DNA of 64,000 bases, from the sequence record AP025967.1; one strand, given 5' to 3'. The first letter of the stretch is position 1; the number at the start of each line of letters is the position of its first letter. The notes beneath the pieces are model-generated. The model had not been told where the DNA came from and ran no database searches. It saw only the letters and a program-made list of their open reading frames with translations. A program made the translations under genes and the position numbers. This DNA comes from a plasmid. Below, piece after piece: positions 18,585 to 28,493 of this stretch.

Positions 18585-19493
18585 TTATTCACATAGTTTC
18601 ATATATACTATTGTATATTTTTTTTGCGTATTACCTAAAATTTTTGCCCAACCAAGTTTGGCAGTATTTTCTTCTCCTAACACAAACTTCATTTCTGAAG
18701 AATAGTTGATTTTAAGATATAAATCAACACAAAATTCATTATTTGTTAAAAACATTATACTATTTTTTAAATCATCGTGTTTGGTTCCATTGGGCATAAA
18801 TTTAACCGCTTCTTGATATGAAATATCCTTTATATAGATCGCTATTTTGTTTTGATAAGAGATAAATTTATCGCCTAATATGAAATTATTTCCTAAAATA
18901 TTGTTCTTTATTCCTAAGTTATTTTTTTGCGAATTTGAAATTAAAATTTGATGGGGTAAATTTTCAATAATTGATAATTTATCCTTAAGTTTAAAATTGA
19001 CTTGTAAAACTCTTTCAATGTGTGTTTTAGGTCGTCTTAAACTTAGTAGTAAAGGTGCAAATGGTAAATATTTTTTTGCAATATCGTATTCTTTAATTCC
19101 CAACATGCTAAATAAAATTTTTGAAATAGAATCTTTAAAATTTTCATTAAAAGATCGTGGATAATTTTTTAAGCTTATTACATCAAAAAATATCCAAAGC
19201 AAATAATGATTAAAGAAATCAAAGAATAGAGTCCAACCTTGATCGCCATCTTCATTTCTTGACAGTTTATCTAGCATAAATGAAGGAAGTTGTGAAGAGA
19301 CTCCATGTAGCCCCATGAAATTTATAAACAATTCTATAACTGATTGTTCGTGTTCTGAAAAAATGATTTTTTCTATATCTTTATTTGGATGTTTTAAACT
19401 TTTATTTGTTCTTAAAAATATATTCTTTCTTCCATAGTCTTTTTCTAATTTTTTTATTAATTTAAAAAAACTATATGAAGTAAGATTATTCAT
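18585..19493 (-). CDS. tssG: T6SS baseplate protein TssG
   Basis: Size 302 aa and conserved position after tssF. 4-bp overlap. Confidence 0.8.
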   Translation of the reverse strand: MNNLTSYSFFKLIKKLEKDYGRKNIFLRTNKSLKHPNKDIEKIIFSEHEQSVIELFINFMGLHGVSSQLPSFMLDKLSRNEDGDQGWTLFFDFFNHYLLWIFFDVISLKNYPRSFNENFKDSISKILFSMLGIKEYDIAKKYLPFAPLLLSLRRPKTHIERVLQVNFKLKDKLSIIENLPHQILISNSQKNNLGIKNNILGNNFILGDKFISYQNKIAIYIKDISYQEAVKFMPNGTKHDDLKNSIMFLTNNEFCVDLYLKINYSSEMKFVLGEENTAKLGWAKILGNTQKKYTIVYMKLCE

Positions 19494-21211
19494 ATTAAAG
19501 CTTTTTTTCCAAAAGAAGCAGGGTAATGTAAAATTTCTTTTGAGTCAAGGCATCTTATTTTTAACTCACAAAAGGAGTTAATATTAGCAAAAGAAGCTAA
19601 AAATTTAGATATAATCAATCCCAATAAATATACCTCGCCTAAAGTGTAAAACTTCGAATCTTTAATACTAAAAATAGCTAAGGTCCCTTTTTTTGTGATA
19701 TTTTCATCTATTAAATAAGTGCTTTTACTTTGAATATCGATTATAGATTCTTGCAAAAGCTTATAAATCTTCCAATTTGATTGATTATCTAAAAAGCTAT
19801 AGCTTTCCAACACACCAAAAAAAGCTTTTTTGCTCAATATTGTTTGATATGAAAAAGATAACACAGAAACAAGCTTCCATAATAAATTACCATCAACACT
19901 ACATCTTCTTGTTTCGCTTGGAATTTCCACATTTTTGGTATCGACACCTTTTAGATCGCAGGTATTAATATCACCTATTTTTAATTTTGAAGGTAAATCT
20001 CCATTGGAGCACAAAAGATCAATACTTATAGTTTCATCCATTATATAAGAGGAAAAGAAAGAAATTTCGCTAAATACCTCTCCTTTGGAATTCTTTTTAG
20101 TATTTACGCTATAAAAATCCTTTTGATTATCTTTTAAAAATTCAAAGCGTTCAAAACTTTTATAGTTTTTTAATAACCTTTTGCCGCCTTCACTATTATG
20201 TGCTTTAACCTGTAGTGTCTGTATGATTTCGTAAGCTTTAGGTTGGCTTCTATCCACAAAAATTCTATAACTATCTTTTTTGTGATTATTTATAAGAGGT
20301 TCTGCACTTTTTGTAAAGATATTGATAATAGGTGTCATGCTTAAAGAAAGTAATTCTTTTCTAAAAATACAATTTGCAGGAAATGGTTTAGAGAATTTAA
20401 ATTCAATATTAACTGTCTTTCCTTGACAATTATTTAAAATATCCAAACCATTGATTCTTAAAAAATTAAATTTATGTGGCATGAAAAAATATTCTCTTAG
20501 TAAGGAAAATGCTTCAAAACCTAAATCATTATAAGATAAACTACTTTCATCTGGATTCAATCCTATTTTTTCAATATTATAGGTATTAAGAAAAAATTCT
20601 TCATCAGTATCTAAACTTTGAATTTTTAATTCTTTTAAATAAGAATGCATGTATAATAATAAAGTACTAGACATATAGGGATCATTGCCTAGATATAAAT
20701 TAATTTTCTCCAAACCCAAATCACATATTTTTGTTTCTGCCTTATTGACTTGCAAAGTTAAATTGAAAGTATAATCTTGATTTTTACTAGATATAAAAAC
20801 TTCGCTGATGGAGATAGAATAAAGATAAACATCATATACTGTTTTAAATTCACAAACACATTTGTCTATTGGTTTTGATTTAATAAGAGTTCCTTTGGGA
20901 ATAATTAAATTATTTTCTTTACTATTTTGTTCAAATTTAAATTCTTGCATGCATAAAGAAGGTAAAGGATTTGTATAATTTGGAGAAACAATATTAATCA
21001 AAGATTCTGCAATGTGTGGCATATTTTCATCAAGCTCTTGATGGATTTTAGAGCTTAAAATAGCTAAATTTTCAATAATTCTTTCTATATCAGGATCTTT
21101 GCTATCATATGCCAAAAATGGTGTTAACTTTGGATAATTTTTTATAAAATACTCTCTTTTTTCATATAGATATTCAAGCTCTTTTTGATAATAAAAAATA
21201 TTATCCTTCAT
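19490..21211 (-). CDS. tssF: T6SS baseplate protein TssF
   Basis: 573 aa; conserved tssE-tssF-tssG order. Confidence 0.8.
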   Translation of the reverse strand: MKDNIFYYQKELEYLYEKREYFIKNYPKLTPFLAYDSKDPDIERIIENLAILSSKIHQELDENMPHIAESLINIVSPNYTNPLPSLCMQEFKFEQNSKENNLIIPKGTLIKSKPIDKCVCEFKTVYDVYLYSISISEVFISSKNQDYTFNLTLQVNKAETKICDLGLEKINLYLGNDPYMSSTLLLYMHSYLKELKIQSLDTDEEFFLNTYNIEKIGLNPDESSLSYNDLGFEAFSLLREYFFMPHKFNFLRINGLDILNNCQGKTVNIEFKFSKPFPANCIFRKELLSLSMTPIINIFTKSAEPLINNHKKDSYRIFVDRSQPKAYEIIQTLQVKAHNSEGGKRLLKNYKSFERFEFLKDNQKDFYSVNTKKNSKGEVFSEISFFSSYIMDETISIDLLCSNGDLPSKLKIGDINTCDLKGVDTKNVEIPSETRRCSVDGNLLWKLVSVLSFSYQTILSKKAFFGVLESYSFLDNQSNWKIYKLLQESIIDIQSKSTYLIDENITKKGTLAIFSIKDSKFYTLGEVYLLGLIISKFLASFANINSFCELKIRCLDSKEILHYPASFGKKALI

Positions 21212-21600
21212 TTAACCTCGCAATATCTATTGTTTTTAAAGATGATTTCTATATTAAATTCTTTAAAACGATCATCCTGAAAAAAACATTTTACAATAAA
21301 AGAAAGTTGCCAAGGACTTAAATTGTTATCATAAGTGATAGAAACTACACATATTCTTTTTTCATAGTTATCAATTAGTTTTCTTATTTCCTTAGCCATT
21401 GATACGCATAATTCATTAGAGTTAAGATTAATATCAGCCATATTAGGCATTCCCAAATTTTTTACAGCATAACAATCATTAATTTTTACATTGAGCAAAA
21501 CCTTTATATTGTTTTTTACATCCTCAAAATCATTTTGATAGAATGGAATATGAATGTTTTGCTCATCTAAATTATGGATCAGTTTATCTAGCAAGGACAT
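21208..21600 (-). CDS. tssE: T6SS baseplate protein TssE (gp25-like)
   Basis: 130 aa; position between tssC and tssF. Confidence 0.8.
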   Translation of the reverse strand: MSLLDKLIHNLDEQNIHIPFYQNDFEDVKNNIKVLLNVKINDCYAVKNLGMPNMADINLNSNELCVSMAKEIRKLIDNYEKRICVVSITYDNNLSPWQLSFIVKCFFQDDRFKEFNIEIIFKNNRYCEVK

Positions 21601-21602
21601 TA

Positions 21603-23057
21603 TTATTCTTTATCTAATTTTCCTACTAAAGAAAGTTCAAAATTACCGCCCATATATTTAAAATGAGGTCGGACACTTAGCCCTATTTTATACCATCCTG
21701 GCTCTCCTGGTATATCACTAACTTTCACTTGTGCTGCTCTAAATGGACGACGACTTCTTACTTCAGAAGGTGGATTTTCTTGATCGGAAATATATTGTCT
21801 AATCCATTCATTAAGTCCATTTTCAATATCGCTTCTTTCTTTCCAGCTCCCTATTTCTTCTCGTTGTAAAACCTTTAAATAGTGCGCCAATCTTGAAATT
21901 AAAAAGATATATGGAAGTTGAGTTCCTAATCTGTAATTTGTTTCAGCTTCTTTACCTTCTGGGGTATTTTGAAATAATTTTGGTTTTAACGGAGAATTTG
22001 CTGAAAAAAATGCTGCATTATTACTATCTCTTCTTAATGTTAAGGTTATAAAACCTGCTTCAGCAAGTTCATACTCTCTCCTATCTGTAATCAAAACTTC
22101 TGTAGGTATTTTTGATTGTATAGTTCCAAAATTTTCATAAAGATAAGTAGGCAGATCCTTAACAGTCCCTCCACTTTTTGGTCCTATAATATTTCCACAC
22201 CATCTATATTTAGCAAAGCTTTCTGTTAATCTTGTACAAAAAGTATACGAAGAATTAGCCCACAATAAATGATTATGCGAAGCATGAACATTTTCTTTAT
22301 AATTAAAGCTTTTAATAGGGTTTTCTTCAGGATCATAAGGGCTTCTTGCTAAAAATCTTGTCACTAGTAAGCCTGTATATTTAGAGTCTTCATTTTCTCT
22401 AAAAGTTCTCCATCTTGTATATTGAGGACCTTCTAGCAAACCTTGCAAATCTTGAATATTCGCAAGTTCAGAATAATCATCAAGCCCAAAAAATTTTGGT
22501 CCAAAAGATGTTAAAAAGGGAGAATGACTCATAGCCGCAATACTAGCCATTTTATTTAAAAAAGTCATATCAGGACTTGCTGATCCAAGTTGATAATCTC
22601 CAATGATTGCTCCTACAGGCTCTCCTCCAAATTGTCCATATTCTGAAGAATATATATTTTTATAAACAACGCTTTGTGTTATATCTGGATTGTTTTCAAA
22701 ATCCTCTAAAGCTTCTTCTTTTCTTATATCAAATAGGTCAATTTTTATATTTTCATTAAAATCAGTTCTTTCAACTAGAAATCTAAGTCCACGCCAAGTA
22801 GATTCAAGTTTTTGAAATTCTTCATTATGTAAAACTTCATCCATTTGTTTTGAGAGTAAATAATCAATATGGGCTATCATTTCATCAAGTGCAAATTTAT
22901 TGATTTTTTCTTCAGCATTGTCGCTTTTTACAATTTCTGAAATAAATTCAGCAACACCTCTTTTAGCAATACTATAACTTTCATCGGTTTTAGAGTATTT
23001 GCTTTTCTCCATAATTTGTTCAATAATTGGCATATCAACTGCTTTAGTATTTGCCAT
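21603..23057 (-). CDS. tssC: T6SS contractile sheath large subunit TssC
   Basis: 484 aa with the VipB-like conserved core. Directly follows tssB. Confidence 0.9.
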   Translation of the reverse strand: MANTKAVDMPIIEQIMEKSKYSKTDESYSIAKRGVAEFISEIVKSDNAEEKINKFALDEMIAHIDYLLSKQMDEVLHNEEFQKLESTWRGLRFLVERTDFNENIKIDLFDIRKEEALEDFENNPDITQSVVYKNIYSSEYGQFGGEPVGAIIGDYQLGSASPDMTFLNKMASIAAMSHSPFLTSFGPKFFGLDDYSELANIQDLQGLLEGPQYTRWRTFRENEDSKYTGLLVTRFLARSPYDPEENPIKSFNYKENVHASHNHLLWANSSYTFCTRLTESFAKYRWCGNIIGPKSGGTVKDLPTYLYENFGTIQSKIPTEVLITDRREYELAEAGFITLTLRRDSNNAAFFSANSPLKPKLFQNTPEGKEAETNYRLGTQLPYIFLISRLAHYLKVLQREEIGSWKERSDIENGLNEWIRQYISDQENPPSEVRSRRPFRAAQVKVSDIPGEPGWYKIGLSVRPHFKYMGGNFELSLVGKLDKE

Positions 23058-23058
23058 C

Positions 23059-23544
23059 TTAATTTCCTTGCTCTTCTTGTTTAATTTCTAAAAGTAATTT
23101 TTCTTTAGTTTTTTCATTTTTTAACGCTTCTAAAACAGCTTTTCTAAAATCAGGAATATTACCCATAGGACCTTTTAAAGCCATTAATGCTTCTCTTAGC
23201 TGCAATAATTTGTTTAGCTCGGGTATTTGTTTAGCTAAGCTATCTGGAGAAAAATCCTTCATACTAGCAATATTGAGCTTAACATCAAGCTCTTCAGCTC
23301 CTGTTCCAAGAGTGTTTTTTACGCTAAAACTTGTTGTTATATTGAGTTTTCTCATGACTTGATCAAAATTAATCTTATTAATTTGCAAAATTTCTCTTTC
23401 CTCTAAAGGAGTTTCGTTTTTTCCTTTTAAATTTGCCATTACCATTAATTTTAACGGCAACTCCACATCCTCATTTTGTCCATTAGTTTTAGCTTTATAT
23501 GTAATATTAATCCGCTCTTTTGGAGCATAAGATCCATCTGACAT
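23059..23544 (-). CDS. tssB: T6SS contractile sheath small subunit TssB
   Basis: 161 aa, VipA-like N-terminus (ERINITYK). Confidence 0.9.
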   Translation of the reverse strand: MSDGSYAPKERINITYKAKTNGQNEDVELPLKLMVMANLKGKNETPLEEREILQINKINFDQVMRKLNITTSFSVKNTLGTGAEELDVKLNIASMKDFSPDSLAKQIPELNKLLQLREALMALKGPMGNIPDFRKAVLEALKNEKTKEKLLLEIKQEEQGN

Positions 23545-23612
23545 TTAAAATCCTTAAAAACAAAATTTTTAGTTTAATAATTATATTAAAATTTACTAAA
23601 TTTAATCTTGTA

Positions 23613-24860
23613 TCACTTAATTTTACTTTTTGCGTTTTCGTATTCTTCGGCTAGATAATCTTTTAGTAGAGTTTTCTCCATTAACTCTACTAAGTATATA
23701 TTTAAAATTTTAGAGTTCTTTTTCATTCCTTTTGATTCAAAAATTTTTACCATATCTAGCAAGGAATTAATATTATTCATAATAGAATTATTAAAATTTT
23801 CTTTATCAATATTCATCAGCATTTGCTCAAAATCTTGTAATGTATGTTCTTTGTCAGTTTTTTTACTTGAAAAAAAACTTTTTTTATTTTCTTTGGATTT
23901 AACAAAATATTTATAAACTTCTTCTTTGCAGATAAAATCACCATTTTGAAAACGGAGAAGTTCAATAGTATCAAATTTAGAAATAAAATCACTTGTTAAT
24001 ATTATAAGAATGTCTAATTGTTTATTTTTTTTCTTTTTTTCTAAAAAATCACAAAAGAGTTGTACACCCTCTATCCAAAAAGGATTTAAAATAAGTTCAT
24101 GCATAAAACATTTAATATGTTCTATATCATTTTCTTTATCAGAAAGTAATATGCGAATTATATCTGCATCAGGTTTTCTTATTTTAGTAATTTTTTCATT
24201 ATTACATTCAGGCAAACACCTGATTTTTCCCCACATTGCTTGGGTGAATAAAGCGTAGATATTGAGATTATTTTCATCCTCTTCCAAAAGCTCAAATGCA
24301 AGTTTTTGATAAAAATTTTTATATTCTCTCTCGTTTAAAGAGTTAATATTATCGCTTCTAATGTTTACAGATACTTGAGTTACAGGAGATTTTGGAAGTT
24401 GTGGTGCAACTTGAGCAATTTCAATTTTTGCAAAATTGCAAGATAGTAAATTTTCAAATTCGGAAAATAAAGTAATAAATTGATTAACAATCTCAGATGA
24501 TATAAGCACTTTTGTTTTATTGTATTCTTGAATAAAATTTTGAATAAAATTTTGAATTTTTCGCTTTTGAGCTAATATATAAGCATTATTTTCATCTATA
24601 AGTTTTTTTAAATGTTGAAAAAGAAGCAAAAGCTTTTCAAAGCATTCTTCATTGTTTAAATTAAAACACGATAAAAGAAAATAGTTGCAAATTTTAAAAT
24701 CTAAAGAATGATTTAATAATATAAACTGAGAATATTGATAAACTTTATCCCAAGAAATATTTTCATGGTTTAAAGTCTTATATTTTGACATCTCATCTTC
24801 AAGTAACTGAAATTCTTGTAGTTCATCTAAATTATTTTTCAATTGATCACAAAAATACAT
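23613..24860 (-). CDS. tssA: TssA-like (ImpA family) protein, 415 aa
   Basis: First gene of the tssA-BCEFG-vgrG operon. Assignment is mainly positional. Contains a QNFIQNFIQ tandem repeat and two A8 runs. Confidence 0.55.
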   Translation of the reverse strand: MYFCDQLKNNLDELQEFQLLEDEMSKYKTLNHENISWDKVYQYSQFILLNHSLDFKICNYFLLSCFNLNNEECFEKLLLLFQHLKKLIDENNAYILAQKRKIQNFIQNFIQEYNKTKVLISSEIVNQFITLFSEFENLLSCNFAKIEIAQVAPQLPKSPVTQVSVNIRSDNINSLNEREYKNFYQKLAFELLEEDENNLNIYALFTQAMWGKIRCLPECNNEKITKIRKPDADIIRILLSDKENDIEHIKCFMHELILNPFWIEGVQLFCDFLEKKKKNKQLDILIILTSDFISKFDTIELLRFQNGDFICKEEVYKYFVKSKENKKSFFSSKKTDKEHTLQDFEQMLMNIDKENFNNSIMNNINSLLDMVKIFESKGMKKNSKILNIYLVELMEKTLLKDYLAEEYENAKSKIK

Positions 24861-24985
24861 TTAATTCCTCCAAAAATTTGCCTCATTATAATTAAATTTT
24901 AAAAAATATTATGTTAATTTTTTAAAAAATTTACTCAATTAATCATAAATTATATATTCTAAGATAGAAAGGATACTTTAGTTTC

Positions 24986-25432
24986 ATGTTTTGTAAAAAA
25001 AGCTTATTTTTTTTATTGCCACTATTCTTTTGCGCTTGCTCAAGTGTTGTTAGTGTTAAGATAAATAATGTAGAGAATTCCAATCTTAATAATAGACATG
25101 ATGATGTTCCTGTTACGGCTATTGTATATCAACTTAAGGATATTAAAAAATTTGAAGAAGCAAGTGATATAGATTTGGCTACTAGAGAAGAGGGGGTACT
25201 AGGCAAGGATAAACTTGATTCTATTAAAACGCAAATTGCACCTAAAGACAATATTATCGCGGTTAAAGTAGATGAAGAAGAGGTTCCTTATGTAGGCATT
25301 CTTGTATTATTTGCAAATAATACAAAAAAAACAACAAAAATATGGGCAAAGACCGAAGATGCAAATGGGTTTGGGAAGAATAAGTATTTAAAATTTGAAA
25401 TATCCAAAGAAGGTATCAAAAGAATTAAATAG
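24986..25432 (+). CDS. tssJ: T6SS outer-membrane lipoprotein TssJ
   Basis: Signal peptide with a lipobox cysteine (LFFCACSS); 148 aa. Precedes tssK. Confidence 0.75.
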   Translation: MFCKKSLFFLLPLFFCACSSVVSVKINNVENSNLNNRHDDVPVTAIVYQLKDIKKFEEASDIDLATREEGVLGKDKLDSIKTQIAPKDNIIAVKVDEEEVPYVGILVLFANNTKKTTKIWAKTEDANGFGKNKYLKFEISKEGIKRIK

Positions 25433-25441
25433 GAATAATAT

Positions 25442-26839
25442 ATGGCAAATAAATTAAAAGTTGCTTGGTTTGATGGACTTAATATTGGACAAACCCATTT
25501 TGAGCAGCAAGAAAGATTTTTTAATAGAAATATAGATCTTAAAACTATAAATATATATAGTAATTTATATGGAATAATAGACTTGGAATTTTCTCAAGAG
25601 ATGTTATTGCAAGGAAAAATTGCACTTTCTAAAATTTCAGGTATCGCACAAGATGGAAGCATTTTTAATGCACCTGAGCAAGATTTGTTGCCTGAGCCTA
25701 TTGAAATCAATTATGAATCTTTAATTGATTCAGTTGTGGTATTAAAAATTCCTATCGGAGTTACTGATATTGCTGATTTATCTTTAAGAAATACTTTTCC
25801 AAATTCAAAGTTTATATGTCTTAGAAATAGTATTGCTTTAAGAAATTATGATGATTCAAAATCTAATGTAATGGACAAAATTGAAGATGAGTACGAACTT
25901 GAAAATCTGACTTTTACACAAGAGAAAAAAGATTTACTTCTTGCTAGTTTAAGACTAAAACTTGGCATTTTAGGTAATTCAACTCCTGATGAACTTGAAT
26001 TACCAATTGCAAAAATTAAAAATATTGATATCAATAAAAAAATTGAATTAGAAAGTGATTTTATACCCACTTGCTTAAATATCAGCAAAATATCTACCAT
26101 AAGATCCTTTTTGGAAGAAATTATTTTTTCAATCAATCAACATAAAAAAGTTCTATCTAATGTTTTTAAAGGAATCGATCAAACAAAAAATACATTGGAT
26201 TTTGGCACTTTTTTATCCCTTAATCTTTTAAAAAAATGGTATTTAATATTTTCACATCTATCAAAAAAAGATAAAATACATCCTGAATTTTTATACGAAA
26301 AATTTTTAGAATTTCAAGGAGAGCTTGCAGCTTTTAGCAACGAAGAATCTTTTTTAGATTTTATTCCTTATAAACACGATAATCTTTATAATACTTTTTT
26401 AAATATGATGAATAATCTAAGATTGTTATTTTCTAAAATCACAAGCCCTAAATATTTTATAGCTAAGACCAGTATTAACGGCAATGGTTTTTATGATTTT
26501 ATTTTTGATAATTCGGGAATTTTAGAAGAAAGTGAAATTTATTTCGCAATCCGTGCAGATGTTACTACAGAATATCTACTTAATAATTTTAAAATTCAAA
26601 GCAAGATACATACTCAAAGTAAAATTAAAAATATAGTCGCAACTCAGCTTGAGGGCTTAAATGTAGATCAAGTACCTAATGTTCCATCTAGCATTCCTTA
26701 TTTAAATGGTTATGTTTATTATAAATTAGATAAAAGAGATCAACTGTTTAAAGATTTTAAAAATGAAAGTATCATTAGTATGTACTTGACCAACAATATA
26801 AAAAACCCTGATATTATAATGTGGGCGGTATTTCAATGA
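25442..26839 (+). CDS. tssK: T6SS baseplate protein TssK
   Basis: 465 aa. N-terminal W.DGL...QTHFEQQERF, typical of TssK. Confidence 0.85.
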   Translation: MANKLKVAWFDGLNIGQTHFEQQERFFNRNIDLKTINIYSNLYGIIDLEFSQEMLLQGKIALSKISGIAQDGSIFNAPEQDLLPEPIEINYESLIDSVVVLKIPIGVTDIADLSLRNTFPNSKFICLRNSIALRNYDDSKSNVMDKIEDEYELENLTFTQEKKDLLLASLRLKLGILGNSTPDELELPIAKIKNIDINKKIELESDFIPTCLNISKISTIRSFLEEIIFSINQHKKVLSNVFKGIDQTKNTLDFGTFLSLNLLKKWYLIFSHLSKKDKIHPEFLYEKFLEFQGELAAFSNEESFLDFIPYKHDNLYNTFLNMMNNLRLLFSKITSPKYFIAKTSINGNGFYDFIFDNSGILEESEIYFAIRADVTTEYLLNNFKIQSKIHTQSKIKNIVATQLEGLNVDQVPNVPSSIPYLNGYVYYKLDKRDQLFKDFKNESIISMYLTNNIKNPDIIMWAVFQ

Positions 26840-27609
26840 AAGAAATAAATGAAGAAAAAAAGGCATTAAGCTTACTTCTTGATTCAGATTTTGATGGTTT
26901 AAAAAACAATAAAATTATTGATTATTCTTTGGAGTTGCTTTTGCTTTCTTATAGACTTTCAAAAATAAGCTCTATGGATACAAGTAGTATTAATCAACTT
27001 AGAGAAACATTGATTAATAAAATTTTAGATATAACCGCTAAATTAAGTATATGTAAAGAATATGATGAAAAAGAAATTATTAAATTCAAATATTGTCTTT
27101 GTGTCTTTATAGATGAAAGCTTAATGAAAAATGAACTTTTTATTAATTTTTGGGCTCACAATACTCTAACTGTAAGGTTATTTGATGAAACTTTAGGCGG
27201 AAATAATTTTTATGATATTGCATCATCTTGGATTAATAACCCTTTTAAGTTTAAAGATTTTTTGGAATTTATCTATGCTTGTTTAATTCTTGGTTATAAA
27301 GGAAAATATAATGAGACTAAGGATAGAGATGAAAAAATAATTCATTTTTGCAATAATATTGCCACATCTTTAAAACCGGTTTATAAGATAGAAGAAGAGT
27401 TAGCTTTTAATAAAGCATATAAAACTGGTTTGAAAGAAAATATTTGGCAAAAATTTATAAGATTGTATTTTAAAAAACTTATTATCGTTGTGCCAGTATT
27501 GATTATATTAGGAGTATTAAGCTATTCAATTTTCAATTTAGAAACTAATAATCTTAAAGTGGATAATAATATATCCGTATTGATAAAAAATTTAACACAT
27601 ATAGAATAA
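26821..27609 (+). CDS. tssL: T6SS membrane protein TssL (DotU family)
   Basis: 262 aa with a C-terminal transmembrane helix. Conserved position after tssK. Confidence 0.8.
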   Translation: MGGISMKEINEEKKALSLLLDSDFDGLKNNKIIDYSLELLLLSYRLSKISSMDTSSINQLRETLINKILDITAKLSICKEYDEKEIIKFKYCLCVFIDESLMKNELFINFWAHNTLTVRLFDETLGGNNFYDIASSWINNPFKFKDFLEFIYACLILGYKGKYNETKDRDEKIIHFCNNIATSLKPVYKIEEELAFNKAYKTGLKENIWQKFIRLYFKKLIIVVPVLIILGVLSYSIFNLETNNLKVDNNISVLIKNLTHIE

Positions 27610-27863
27610 ATATACTAAATTTTTTAAATATCAATTTATTTGTTATGAGTAAAATTAAATAAAAATTGTTTTACTGCTAGAATAAAAATCAAATGTAAAA
27701 CCTATAAAAGGATAAAAATAATATAAAAACAAGCTTTAATTATGCAAATTATTAGTACAAATAAGTATAAGGTCGTATCATAATTATGCCATGGATATAA
27801 TTCACGATACAATCCCAACTATAATTATGTATTTTAGTCAGGATTATTTAAGATAAATTATAA

Positions 27864-28379
27864 TTAAGCTTTGCCCTCTCTCCAATCATCACTTCCGCTA
27901 GTTCCAGCAGCAGTATGTTCCCAAACTACTTTTCTATAGCTCATTGAAACTTTTAAAAGCTCGGTTTTATCATGATTACTTGACTCTTGCGCATTTGGCA
28001 TTATTAATTCAATATTTGTAATAATTGCATCTTCCAATTTTGTAGTAAAAAAATGTTCAGATCCGCCACTTGTTGCGGTTCTAAACCAATGAACTTCGAC
28101 TGTTGGAAGTCTTTCTCCTTTGGTAAGTGCATTATATAGCAAAGGCACAGATTTATTTAATGAACAAGTAAAAGAAAAAGGCTTATGAACTCTTTGTCCA
28201 GAAGGTTGTCCGCTTTGCTGATCAACAGGTACGGTTACAATATGAGATACCTCTTGAGCCATGATTTCATCTTCATGACCCGATTTATATCTATTGCCAA
28301 TACTCGCTTCAGTAGATGCACCGCTTGAAATCAAACCTTGCGTGGAACCTTCAATTTTTATAAACGCTGGTTCAGCCAT
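27864..28379 (-). CDS. hcp: T6SS tube protein Hcp (TssD), 171 aa
   Basis: The sequence MAEPAFIKIEGSTQGLISSGASTEASIGNRYKSGHEDEIMAQEV... matches the Campylobacter jejuni Hcp sequence as I recall it. Confidence 0.95.
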   Translation of the reverse strand: MAEPAFIKIEGSTQGLISSGASTEASIGNRYKSGHEDEIMAQEVSHIVTVPVDQQSGQPSGQRVHKPFSFTCSLNKSVPLLYNALTKGERLPTVEVHWFRTATSGGSEHFFTTKLEDAIITNIELIMPNAQESSNHDKTELLKVSMSYRKVVWEHTAAGTSGSDDWREGKA

Positions 28380-28493
28380 AAAAAAACTCCTTTAATTTTT
28401 TTTAACATTCAAAATTGTATCATTTTAATCTTAATCTATTAAATTTTTGCAAAATATTTGCATATTAATTTGTTTTTACTTTACTAAGGAATA

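Noticed and set aside
27771-27810. Imperfect palindrome between the convergent tssL and hcp genes, considered as a bidirectional terminator
   Set aside because: The stems are short and AT-rich with several mismatches, and there is no clear U-tract. Weak evidence.
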